Source: Candidatus Komeilibacteria bacterium
GTDB taxonomy: Bacteria; Patescibacteriota; Patescibacteriia; UBA1558; JAPLWL01
Assembly (NCBI GenBank): GCA_026396635.1
Contig: JAPLWL010000021.1
Location: 11,928 to 51,495, forward strand
DNA length: 39,568 bases
Reading direction: 5' to 3'
Below, piece after piece: positions 8,562 through 16,659 of the stretch; within the stretch, counting starts at the first letter, position 1; every line of letters begins with the position of its first letter. The notes beneath the pieces are model-generated. The model was given only the letters and a program-made list of their open reading frames with translations. It was not told where the DNA came from and did not search any database. Position numbers and translations under genes: made by a program.

Positions 8562-9429
8562 CGCAAGCTAATTGATTAATTAAATCTACTGACACTTCTT
8601 CGTCAAAATGAAAAAGTACTTGGCCATCTTTTTCTTTATGGTAAAAAACATGAATTTTTTGGCCGCCATCGGGCCCGGTATCAATAAATATTTTAAAACC
8701 TTCGGTGGGAGCAAAGTTTTCATCATCTAATAATTTAATTAATATGTCTCTTTGTTCTTTGCCCTTAAGTGTCTCAATAATTTTTAGTAAAAAAGCCTCC
8801 AGCATACCACCATGAGAACCAAAAAATCTAGACAGTACATTAGATGGGTATTTTTCCTGCTTAACTAACCTATCCCAAACCGGAGCAACTTTAAGATGCT
8901 TTTGTATAAACTTTGCCACTCGAGCCGACAAACGGCTATAAGTATAAACACTAGTAGTGTCACCCAATTCTTTAGCTAATTGATCACTTTCGTTGGTAAT
9001 AAATGATAAATAACCATCGCCATACCAATGTTCGGCCACTGCAGCGCCAAAAGGTCCGGAATAATCCATACTTAAATCCAACTCTGGATCAATGACAATT
9101 TTAGTACCGATTTTTAAAGTGGCATTTAATTTAGCTTTTAGCTCTTCAAAGCTTTCATCGCCGGTGATTTCCGCTTCAGCGCCGGCCATTTTTAATAGGG
9201 CTGAATGTGGCGCTCGTTCTCTTGGACTGCCAAAAGCCAAAGATTGTCTAATCTTACCTGGCTCAGCTTGTTTTTTTATAAAATGGCGTCCGGCCGGTGA
9301 TAACGGGTTGACAGAATCATCACTAAAAATATTTTCTTTTATGCTGTGTCTGAAAAAATCCAATTCAATTCTGGATTGATATTCTTTTTCTGGCTCCGGG
9401 CTGAGCAATGCCTCCTTAATTCTTTCCAT
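8545..9429 (-). CDS. histidine phosphatase superfamily (PGAM-like) protein
   Basis: The RHG-type motif appears as LDFFRHS, followed by LSPAGR and FGSPRERAPHSA (the SP..RA..TA pattern). The second catalytic His motif appears as FFGSHGGMLEAFL. Assignment is from motifs only. Confidence 0.6.
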   Translation of the reverse strand: MERIKEALLSPEPEKEYQSRIELDFFRHSIKENIFSDDSVNPLSPAGRHFIKKQAEPGKIRQSLAFGSPRERAPHSALLKMAGAEAEITGDESFEELKAKLNATLKIGTKIVIDPELDLSMDYSGPFGAAVAEHWYGDGYLSFITNESDQLAKELGDTTSVYTYSRLSARVAKFIQKHLKVAPVWDRLVKQEKYPSNVLSRFFGSHGGMLEAFLLKIIETLKGKEQRDILIKLLDDENFAPTEGFKIFIDTGPDGGQKIHVFYHKEKDGQVLFHFDEEVSVDLINQLACGETKK

Positions 9430-9430
9430 A

Positions 9431-10099
9431 TTATTTAGATTTTAAAATTTTAACTATACCATTGTTAGCATTTACTTCAATAAAATTTCCATTTTTTAAC
9501 ATTTTAGTAGCTAATTTAGTACCCACAATACACGGTATCTTAAATTCTCTGGAAATCAAAGCCGCGTGACTCATTAAACCGCCCTCATCAGTAACAATAG
9601 CGCTGGCTTTTCTGATGGCTGGCATCAATTCCGGACCAGTAGTTTCTGAAACTAAAATCTCGCCCTTTTTAAATTGTCTTAAGTAGTAGCTGGGATTATC
9701 TGATAAAGGAATAATCCTGACTTTTCCCCTAACTAAACCTTTGCAAGCAATGGTTCCGACCAATTCTTTGATAGTTAGTTTAGGGACTAACTGTTTGGCT
9801 AATTTTTTAACCTGGGCACCCGTTTTTATAATAACCTTATTAGACTTTAGCTGAGTTTGTAGACAAGAAGATATTTGGCGGTGATTTTGATTGTTAACTT
9901 TTTTGTTTCTAAGTAGATTTTTGACTTCGTCAACTGTCAAAGCAATAATATCGCGGCGGTTAGTTTTTTTAATAATAGCTATAACCAAACGGTCTAAAAC
10001 TGAATCTTGGCTTAAACAAAGTTTATTTAAAGGTCCTCTGATTTGAAATTTTAATTTTTGAATAGTTATTAAGTAACGAATCAGTCTTTGAGCTTGCAA
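9431..10099 (-). CDS. PEP-utilizer swivel (phospho-histidine) domain protein, paralogue 1, C-terminal fragment (222 aa, TTG start in the ORF track)
   Basis: The C-terminus is GEILVSETTGPELMPAIRKASAIVTDEGGLMSHAALISREFKIPCIVGTK. The segment ALTVDEVKNLL aligns with ITPAEVFSLF and VTPAEVFSVQ of the paralogues. Confidence 0.75.
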   Translation of the reverse strand: MQAQRLIRYLITIQKLKFQIRGPLNKLCLSQDSVLDRLVIAIIKKTNRRDIIALTVDEVKNLLRNKKVNNQNHRQISSCLQTQLKSNKVIIKTGAQVKKLAKQLVPKLTIKELVGTIACKGLVRGKVRIIPLSDNPSYYLRQFKKGEILVSETTGPELMPAIRKASAIVTDEGGLMSHAALISREFKIPCIVGTKLATKMLKNGNFIEVNANNGIVKILKSK

Positions 10100-10110
10100 C
10101 GGTAAATGAT

Positions 10111-10533
10111 TTATTGTAATTGAGTTTGATTTGGAATGAGCTGAGTAAGTTCTTTTTCAATTTTGATAAAATTAAAATATTCGGTTTGCTTGTAAAAAAT
10201 AAAGGCTTGTTGAATTGATTTTTGAAATTGATCCAAAGCCAATATTAGCTCTTTATTTGAAAGAACACGGTGGTATTGTAGTTTGAGAATCGGCCTTAAC
10301 TCTTTTAGAGATTTTTTATAGCCTTGTTTTAGTTTTATTAAGATGTTTTTAGTTAAAGCCTGTTTAAAACCAGCATTAGCCAGTTGAGTTAAGGAATTGT
10401 GCGGAAAAAACATTTCCATGCGGTTGTGATCAAATAATGCCAAAGGTTGTTCTTTTTTATAACATGGTAAATATATGCTCATGAAAAAGACACTGGAAAA
10501 ATTGATTTTAAAAATTGATTCGTATTTGATCAT
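10111..10533 (-). CDS. N-terminal fragment of swivel-domain paralogue 1 (140 aa)
   Basis: Its length plus the 222-aa ORF (362 aa) equals the paralogue length of 345-363 aa. It has similar hydrophobic and aromatic helices. It makes an ATGA overlap with the upstream ATP-grasp gene. It is in a different frame from 9431-10099. Confidence 0.55.
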   Translation of the reverse strand: MIKYESIFKINFSSVFFMSIYLPCYKKEQPLALFDHNRMEMFFPHNSLTQLANAGFKQALTKNILIKLKQGYKKSLKELRPILKLQYHRVLSNKELILALDQFQKSIQQAFIFYKQTEYFNFIKIEKELTQLIPNQTQLQ

Positions 10534-11480
10534 TTCTTTTTGACTAAAGTTGTAATCGGCCGGGATTGGACAATATAAAATTTACCTTTTTCATAAGCCC
10601 ATTCAATGTCGCAAGGAAAATTATAGTGTTTTTCAATTTGGCAGATAATCTTACTCAATTTGATGATTTGGGCATCTGTTAGGGCCTGTTTTTGGCCTTT
10701 GGAGACGGATATTGCCTGCCATTTTGAACCGCCAATAGAGGTTTTATACAATCCCCGTTCTTGGACACTAATATTTTTATCAATAATCCGTAAAGGCTTT
10801 TTTTCTACCACATAACTATCCGGAGTAATACTCCCTGAAACAATGGCTTCACCCAAGCCAAATCCGGCCTCTATAATTAATTGGTTATAATCTTCAGTGA
10901 CCGGGTGCACGGAAAAGGCAATACCAGAAACTTCCGATTGCACCATTTTTTGAACTACCACGGCCACAGAGATTTTTTGCTGATGAAGTTTTTTCTCAAA
11001 CCGGTAAAAAATAGCGCGAGGCGTAAACAAAGACGCCCAACATCTTTTAACATTTTCTAATAATGTTTTATTGGTAGTATTAAGAAAGCTGTCTAATTGA
11101 CCAGCCCAAGCAGCTGAAGCAGAGTCTTCGGCGGTGGCTGAAGATCTGACTGCCACAAATTTAGTATTTAATTTTTTAAAAAACTTTTGAATGTCACTGG
11201 CAATTTCCTTAGGCATTTTGGCCCGCAAAATCAAAGCTTGGATTTTGGCTGAAGCCTGTTCTACTGTGTCAATTTTTTTAATATTGACTGAATGCAAAAT
11301 AGAGTCTATTTCTACATTAAGATCAGTTTCGTCCAAAAACTTTTCAAAACTGTCAGCTAAAATTACAAAGCCTGGCGGCACCGGAATACCGACTTGGGTC
11401 ATTTCACCTAAAGAAGCGCCCTTGCCACCAGCCTGATCCACATCTGACTTAGATAATTTTTTAAAATCTTTAATATACAT
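10530..11480 (-). CDS. stand-alone PPDK/PEP-synthase N-terminal ATP-grasp (nucleotide-binding) domain protein (316 aa)
   Basis: Diagnostic motifs are GGKGASLGEM, VAVRSSATAEDSASAAWAGQLDSFLN, VAVVVQKMVQSEVSGIAFSVHPVT, IIEAGFGLGEAIVSG and DIEWAYEKGKFYIVQSRPIT. The protein has no swivel domain and no TIM-barrel domain. Confidence 0.85.
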   Translation of the reverse strand: MYIKDFKKLSKSDVDQAGGKGASLGEMTQVGIPVPPGFVILADSFEKFLDETDLNVEIDSILHSVNIKKIDTVEQASAKIQALILRAKMPKEIASDIQKFFKKLNTKFVAVRSSATAEDSASAAWAGQLDSFLNTTNKTLLENVKRCWASLFTPRAIFYRFEKKLHQQKISVAVVVQKMVQSEVSGIAFSVHPVTEDYNQLIIEAGFGLGEAIVSGSITPDSYVVEKKPLRIIDKNISVQERGLYKTSIGGSKWQAISVSKGQKQALTDAQIIKLSKIICQIEKHYNFPCDIEWAYEKGKFYIVQSRPITTLVKKK

Positions 11481-12302
11481 TTATTTTATTTGATTTAATA
11501 ATCTCAACCACTCTTGGCCAAAAGTTTGCCAAGAAAAACGCTGACAGTTAATAAACCCAGCTTGACGCAATCTGTCGGCACAACTTGAATCATTAACAAA
11601 CTCTTGCCAGGCAGCTAATAACGATTCTTGCTGTTTTGGATGAAAATAAATAACTGATTCGCCTAAAATTTCCGGCAAACAAGAAGCATTAGAGGAAATC
11701 ACCGGACAATTAAGATTTTGTGCTTCTAAAGGCGGAATGCCAAAACCTTCGTATAAACTTGGGAAAATTAAAGCCTGGGCTTGTTTGTATAAAGTTGTTA
11801 ATTGCAAATCCGTGGCTTCGCCAAAAAAGATTACCGAAAAATCGCGAGTTTGTTTTTTTAATTGGCTATAAAAATAATCTGATCGGCCTACTAAAACTAA
11901 CTGATAATTATTTTGCTGATTAAATTTAGTCCAAGTTTTAATTAAAAATTCTAAATTTTTATGAGGATAGGCCGCGCCAACATACAAAAAGAAAGGTTTA
12001 TTAATAACATTTGGTAATTCCACTAAGGCATCAGCTAGGTTGGATAATTCTTTGCCTTCGTAAATAACTAAAACCTTAGACGGTTTTAAACCCAAAGTTT
12101 TAATTACATCCTGGCGTACAAATTCGGTTGGTACAATAATCTTTTCGGCCCGCAATGCACTAATAACCAAAAGCATTTTAGATAAATAGACTTTAAGCCA
12201 GTAAATTGGCTTAGGTAGAGTTGTGGCTCGCGATCCCGGAAAATGCCAAATAGTTAAATCATGAATAACCATCCAAAACTTAACCGGACAAAATAACGGC
12301 AC
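11481..12302 (-). CDS. GT4 glycosyltransferase, C-terminal fragment of a frameshifted gene
   Basis: VIHDLTIWHFP and FPSLYEGFGIPPLEAQNLNCPVISSNASCLPEILG are GT4/GT-B motifs. The ORF-track start is a GTG. The N-terminus of the same gene lies in ORF 12254-12517. Confidence 0.8.
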   Translation of the reverse strand: MPLFCPVKFWMVIHDLTIWHFPGSRATTLPKPIYWLKVYLSKMLLVISALRAEKIIVPTEFVRQDVIKTLGLKPSKVLVIYEGKELSNLADALVELPNVINKPFFLYVGAAYPHKNLEFLIKTWTKFNQQNNYQLVLVGRSDYFYSQLKKQTRDFSVIFFGEATDLQLTTLYKQAQALIFPSLYEGFGIPPLEAQNLNCPVISSNASCLPEILGESVIYFHPKQQESLLAAWQEFVNDSSCADRLRQAGFINCQRFSWQTFGQEWLRLLNQIK

Positions 12303-12517
12303 ATTAAAATGAGGAAAAATTCAAAAATACTATACCAGCGCCACGGCCATTGTTTAGCTGATAAGCCGCTAAAATAATCCAGCTGATCTTTTGAATAATA
12401 GTAATAAGTTAATTGATGAGTTTGCTGTAATCTAAGTCCTTTGACTAATTCTAAAACATAGCGGCCAATACCACGATGACGAGTCCCAATCATTCTAGCG
12501 TCAACACCTATTTTCAT
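12254..12517 (-). CDS. GT4 glycosyltransferase, N-terminal fragment of the same frameshifted gene
   Basis: MKIGVDARMIGTRHRGIGRYVLELVKGL is a typical GT4 N-terminus. I chose the ATG at 12517, which overlaps the upstream gene's end (12501) by 17 nt. The reading frame is lost at the homopolymer at 12315-12319. Confidence 0.7.
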   Translation of the reverse strand: MKIGVDARMIGTRHRGIGRYVLELVKGLRLQQTHQLTYYYYSKDQLDYFSGLSAKQWPWRWYSIFEFFLILMCRYFVRLSFGWLFMI

Positions 12518-13649
12518 ATATATCTTTAAAGTAATTATACAGTTCCTGGGCGGTTTTTGACCAGGTAAATTCTCTAGCCCTTTCATAAGCCGGGATTAAT
12601 AAATGATCAGACTTATTAGGATTTTGAATAAAATCAGTTAGGGTCTTAGTTAGTGATTCTAAATTTTGAGGATCAACATAAATGGCATTATCACCCATTA
12701 ATTCCGGCAAGCTGGTAGTTTGGCTGCAAATAACCGGGCATTTTGAAGCCGCAGCTTCTAAAACCGGAAAACCAAAACCTTCATGTAGGCTAGGAAAGAT
12801 AAAAGCCTGGGCGGCTTGATACAAAGCCGGACGATCTTCGTCAGCCACATAACCCAAAAATTTAACCTTTGAGCTGGCCCCTAATTTTTCAACATAATTA
12901 ATCAAACTGCGATCTTTAATGTGCCCGGCAATAACTATTTGATACTCGCCTAGTTGATTTTTTTCTTTTAATTTAGCCAAGCTCTCAATAATCAATTTAA
13001 CATTTTTCCTTTTCATGACATCTCCCAAGAATAAAAAGTATTTTTCTGGCAATAAATATTTAGTTTTAACTTGAGTTAGAGTTTCATTTGACGCTGTTTG
13101 AAAAAATTTTTCTTCAATCCCTGGATAAATCACTCTAATTTTTTCGGCCGGGACATTAAACAATTTAATCATTTCCTGCTTGGTATGTTCGGAAACCGCC
13201 ACAAAATAATCAAAATAGTTGGTTAATTTTTTTGCTAAGAGCACGTGCCAAAGCCGCTCTTTCCAAGGATACCACTGGGGCTGAATTAAAAAAGAACAAT
13301 CGTGAATAGTGACTATTCGTTTAGTTTTACCATTGGCAGCTTTTTTGTTAACAAAAGTCAGATTGGGAAACCAAATTAAATCAGGATTATTAACTAAGCT
13401 TTCAAATTTTGGCCAATTAAAAAAACGCTCTAAAGGCGTAAAAAATTTGTTAGGGATCCGGTACCGAAATAATTCAGCACCTGAGCCAATCAATTCATCC
13501 ACTTGATGATTTAGACTAAAACGATTATCAAAAAAAGACCATTTTACTCCGGGTAAACTTTTAAGCTGTTTAACCAGGGCGGCGGTATAATAGCCCACTC
13601 CGGACCACGGCTGGTAACCCAAAGAACGCAGATCAACGTTAATTTTCAT
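12501..13649 (-). CDS. GT4 family glycosyltransferase
   Basis: Motifs are TIHDCSF and FPSLHEGFGFPVLEAAASKCPVICSQTTSLPELMG. Length is 382 aa. Confidence 0.85.
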   Translation of the reverse strand: MKINVDLRSLGYQPWSGVGYYTAALVKQLKSLPGVKWSFFDNRFSLNHQVDELIGSGAELFRYRIPNKFFTPLERFFNWPKFESLVNNPDLIWFPNLTFVNKKAANGKTKRIVTIHDCSFLIQPQWYPWKERLWHVLLAKKLTNYFDYFVAVSEHTKQEMIKLFNVPAEKIRVIYPGIEEKFFQTASNETLTQVKTKYLLPEKYFLFLGDVMKRKNVKLIIESLAKLKEKNQLGEYQIVIAGHIKDRSLINYVEKLGASSKVKFLGYVADEDRPALYQAAQAFIFPSLHEGFGFPVLEAAASKCPVICSQTTSLPELMGDNAIYVDPQNLESLTKTLTDFIQNPNKSDHLLIPAYERAREFTWSKTAQELYNYFKDIYENRC

Positions 13650-13654
13650 AATCT

Positions 13655-14740
13655 TTAATGGAGCCTGCTTTCAATATATTCGCCCATTTCTTTTAAAAAC
13701 CTTTCCTGGCTAAATTTTTGAGCATAAGCTTGAATTGCCGCCGGATCAAATTGCTTAAAATCAAAACGTAAAACCGCGTCAACCAAGCTTTCCCAAGTTT
13801 GTTCTTTAAAAAAGGTACCGGAAACGCCTTCAATAACGCTTTCCAAAGCTCCGCCGGCCTGATAAGCAATAACTGGCGTGCCGGCCGCCATGGCCTCTAC
13901 TGCCGCAATGCCAAAATCTTCTTCCTGTGGGTGAATAAAGGCTTTAGCGTGCTGTAAAATTTTATTCCGTTCAAAGTCTGGAAGCTCACCTAAAAATTCC
14001 ACATTGGATTTGGCTAAGGCTTGTAGTCTGACTAATTCTTCGCCGCCGCCAATAACTTTAAGCGGTAAGCCAAGCTGATTAAAAGCCTTAATAACCAAGT
14101 CCACTCTTTTATAGGGCCTTAATCGTCCAACAACCACAAAATAATTTTCTTTTTCTTTTATGGCTGGACTAAATTGACTAACATTAACCGGCGGATAAAT
14201 AACCACAGAATCCCGGCCGTAATATTTTTTAATCCGACTGGCAATAAAGTTTGAATTGGCAATAAAATAGTCTACCCGCTGGGCAGCGGACCAATCCCAT
14301 TGCCTGAGCCAAGTTAAAACAAAGGGCAAGATCTTTTTAACAATTCTATTCTGAGGCAAATCCTCTACGTATTGATGAGTGTCGGACCACAGATAACGAG
14401 TGGGCGTGTGGCAATAACAAAAGTGTTTAACGTGAGTAGAGGTCACAATCCCCTTGCAAAAAGCTGAAGTAGAAGATAAAACCGCATCATAGTTAGAAAA
14501 ATCAAACTGTTCCCAAAAAGTCGGCATCGCCCATAGGTACCATTTTAAATGATTGTAAGCGCCCGGCCATTTAGTTAGCCCGGATTCAATAATTTTAGTG
14601 CCGGTAAAAAAATTACGGCTTTCCGGCCCGGCCAACAAAGTATAAATCGGGCTGGCCGGATACAATTTAACCAACTCTTTTAAAACATGCTCGGCACCGC
14701 CAATTTGTAATAAGTGATCATGGACTAAAGCAACTTTCAT
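13655..14740 (-). CDS. GT4 family glycosyltransferase
   Basis: Motifs are MKVALVHDHLLQIGGAEHVL and EEDFGIAAVEAMAAGTPVIAYQAGGALESV. Length is 361 aa. Confidence 0.85.
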   Translation of the reverse strand: MKVALVHDHLLQIGGAEHVLKELVKLYPASPIYTLLAGPESRNFFTGTKIIESGLTKWPGAYNHLKWYLWAMPTFWEQFDFSNYDAVLSSTSAFCKGIVTSTHVKHFCYCHTPTRYLWSDTHQYVEDLPQNRIVKKILPFVLTWLRQWDWSAAQRVDYFIANSNFIASRIKKYYGRDSVVIYPPVNVSQFSPAIKEKENYFVVVGRLRPYKRVDLVIKAFNQLGLPLKVIGGGEELVRLQALAKSNVEFLGELPDFERNKILQHAKAFIHPQEEDFGIAAVEAMAAGTPVIAYQAGGALESVIEGVSGTFFKEQTWESLVDAVLRFDFKQFDPAAIQAYAQKFSQERFLKEMGEYIESRLH

Positions 14741-14745
14741 AATTT

Positions 14746-16137
14746 TTATTCAGCTGTCCTCCGGCGCAAGATAGTTAACGGAGTTTTTAATAAAATTTGT
14801 AAATCTAAACCAATTGACCAATTTTCAATATAATATAAATCCAACTTAACCTCTTCTTCCCAAGGTAAATCGCTGCGGCCGGAAATTTGAGCCAAACCAG
14901 TTAAGCCTGGTTTGATGGCCAGTAACCGGCGATCATCAGTGCGATAGCGTGAAACTTCTTCTGGTTCATGAGGGCGCGGGCCCACCAAGCTCATCTGACC
15001 AACTAAGATATTAAACAATTGCGGTAATTCATCCAGGCTAAAACGTCTTAGCCATTTGCCCACTTGAGTAATTCTTGGATCATTCTTCATTTTAAATAAC
15101 GGCCCATCACGGCGTTCGTTAAATTGGTTTAATTGGCCAGATAATTTTATTTCATGAGCATTTATTACCATAGATCTAAACTTGTATAAGCCAAAAAGTT
15201 GCCGTTTAGCCCCAATACGATTTAACCGAACAAAAACCGGGCCTCTAGAATCCAACTTAATAATTATGGCCAAAATAATAAAAATTGGTAATAAAATTAT
15301 AATGCCCAACAAAGAAATAATTAAATCACAAATTCTTTTGACTACCCGGCCCCAGCCATCCAAAGGCGTTTCTTTGCAGCTAACCAAGGGCAAGCCGGCC
15401 ACAAAATCAAATTCTACCCTACTAGAACGAGTAGCTAGTAATGGCGTGGCATATTTGAATGTTAGATAGTGATTAAGACAATATTTTTGCACTTCAATCA
15501 GCTCTTCTTCCTGGCCGTGGGCTAAATAGATTAATTCATCAGCTGGCTCTTTTAAAAGTAATTGATTGAGTTCATTTTTTGTTGTTTCAGACCATTCGGA
15601 GTATTCTCCGGCTAATCTAAAACCAAAAGATGGATGATAAAAAAATTCTTCTTTAAGTCTAAGTCTGGCTTCGGCTTGACCCACGACTACTATTCTAGTA
15701 ACTCCGTAGCCTTTGTAGTAAAAAATTTTCTTAATTAAATGAACCGCTAATCGTTCTAAGGAAATATAGACAACGGCGGCTAGCCAAGCAGCCAAAATAA
15801 TAAAACGAGAGGAAAATAATTGGGTGTTAAAAAAGAAGGCCACTACAATAATTAAAGTGGCGGCTGAACAGCTAATAAAAATTTTAGTTAAATCAGAAGT
15901 AATTTTCCGTCGACGAAAACTGTACAAACCACTTAAGGCAAAAATTATCAGCCAATATGGAATAATCATTAAGCTGATAATAATAAACTTATGATAGGGT
16001 AAATTAAAAATAACCGGCATTAAGTCGGTAACAAAAGTTTGAAAACGCAAGCCGTAAGCGCTTAAGCCGGCTAAAAATAATCCTACAAAATCAAGCGGGA
16101 CTAACAGGGTGGTAAAAAGTAATTCGGATTTTTTCAT
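14746..16137 (-). CDS. polyprenyl-phosphate sugar phosphotransferase (WbaP/EpsL-type bacterial sugar transferase)
   Basis: There are N-terminal TM helices and a C-terminal sugar-transferase domain (KRICDLIISLLGIIILLPIFIILAIIIKLDSRGPVFVRLNRIG...YKFRSM...LDELPQLFNILVGQMSLVGPRPH). I moved the start to MKKSELLF at 16137, because the longer ORF (to 16263) overlaps the RNase P RNA. Confidence 0.85.
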   Translation of the reverse strand: MKKSELLFTTLLVPLDFVGLFLAGLSAYGLRFQTFVTDLMPVIFNLPYHKFIIISLMIIPYWLIIFALSGLYSFRRRKITSDLTKIFISCSAATLIIVVAFFFNTQLFSSRFIILAAWLAAVVYISLERLAVHLIKKIFYYKGYGVTRIVVVGQAEARLRLKEEFFYHPSFGFRLAGEYSEWSETTKNELNQLLLKEPADELIYLAHGQEEELIEVQKYCLNHYLTFKYATPLLATRSSRVEFDFVAGLPLVSCKETPLDGWGRVVKRICDLIISLLGIIILLPIFIILAIIIKLDSRGPVFVRLNRIGAKRQLFGLYKFRSMVINAHEIKLSGQLNQFNERRDGPLFKMKNDPRITQVGKWLRRFSLDELPQLFNILVGQMSLVGPRPHEPEEVSRYRTDDRRLLAIKPGLTGLAQISGRSDLPWEEEVKLDLYYIENWSIGLDLQILLKTPLTILRRRTAE

Positions 16138-16181
16138 ATCAAGGATACGCCCTATTCTATTGCTAAAGGAAGTAAATAGCT

Positions 16182-16653
16182 GCTCACTTAAGATTACGAT
16201 AAGCCGAATTCTGTCGAGGACAATCATTTCTCTAGCCCCACTATTGCTAATGGGATCAAGCAACCAACCCGCTCCGACGTTGGCAAGCCAAGTCGGAGCC
16301 TATTTGGTTTTGCACTGGGTAGAGTTTACCTCTTTTTCTTTGTCGCCAAAGAAACGAGCCAAGTCATTACCTGGCTATTTCACCCTTACCCCGCACTACT
16401 CGCTTCGCTTGAGTGCGGGCCATGCCCCTCTAAATAATTAAGGGACTTACCATGACTCAACCGCAAGGAGTAATGTGGGGAGGAATATTTTCTGTTGCAC
16501 TTGTCCTATACCAACTTAAGCGCATTTTCCTAAGTTGATACGGCGGCCATTAACCGTTACCCATCCCGAAAGTCGGGATCGCTGTAGTGTTCGGACTTTC
16601 CTCCCTAAACCATTTTCATGGTTCACGGCGATTGCCTATAATCTTAAGTGAGC
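16182..16653 (-). ncRNA. rnpB: RNase P RNA, bacterial type A, about 470 nt
   Basis: Read on the minus strand:
- P1 is a perfect 15-bp pairing, GCTCACTTAAGATTA (16653-16639) with TAATCTTAAGTGAGC (16196-16182).
- P3 is the hairpin AACCAT-GAAA-ATGGTT.
- Conserved blocks GGAGGAAAGTCCGAAC, AAGTGCAACAGAAAATA, GGGTAAGGGTGAAA, GGTAAACTCTACCCAGTGCAAAACCAAATAGG and GACAGAATTCGGCTTATCG match E. coli M1 RNA blocks. Confidence 0.88.
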
Positions 16654-16659
16654 GACTAT

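Noticed and set aside
16109-16441. A 110-aa plus-strand ORF, together with the 42-codon N-terminal extension of the sugar-transferase ORF (16138-16263).
   Set aside because: Both overlap the RNase P RNA, which has conserved blocks and a 15-bp P1. The transferase has a sensible internal start, MKKSELLF, at 16137.
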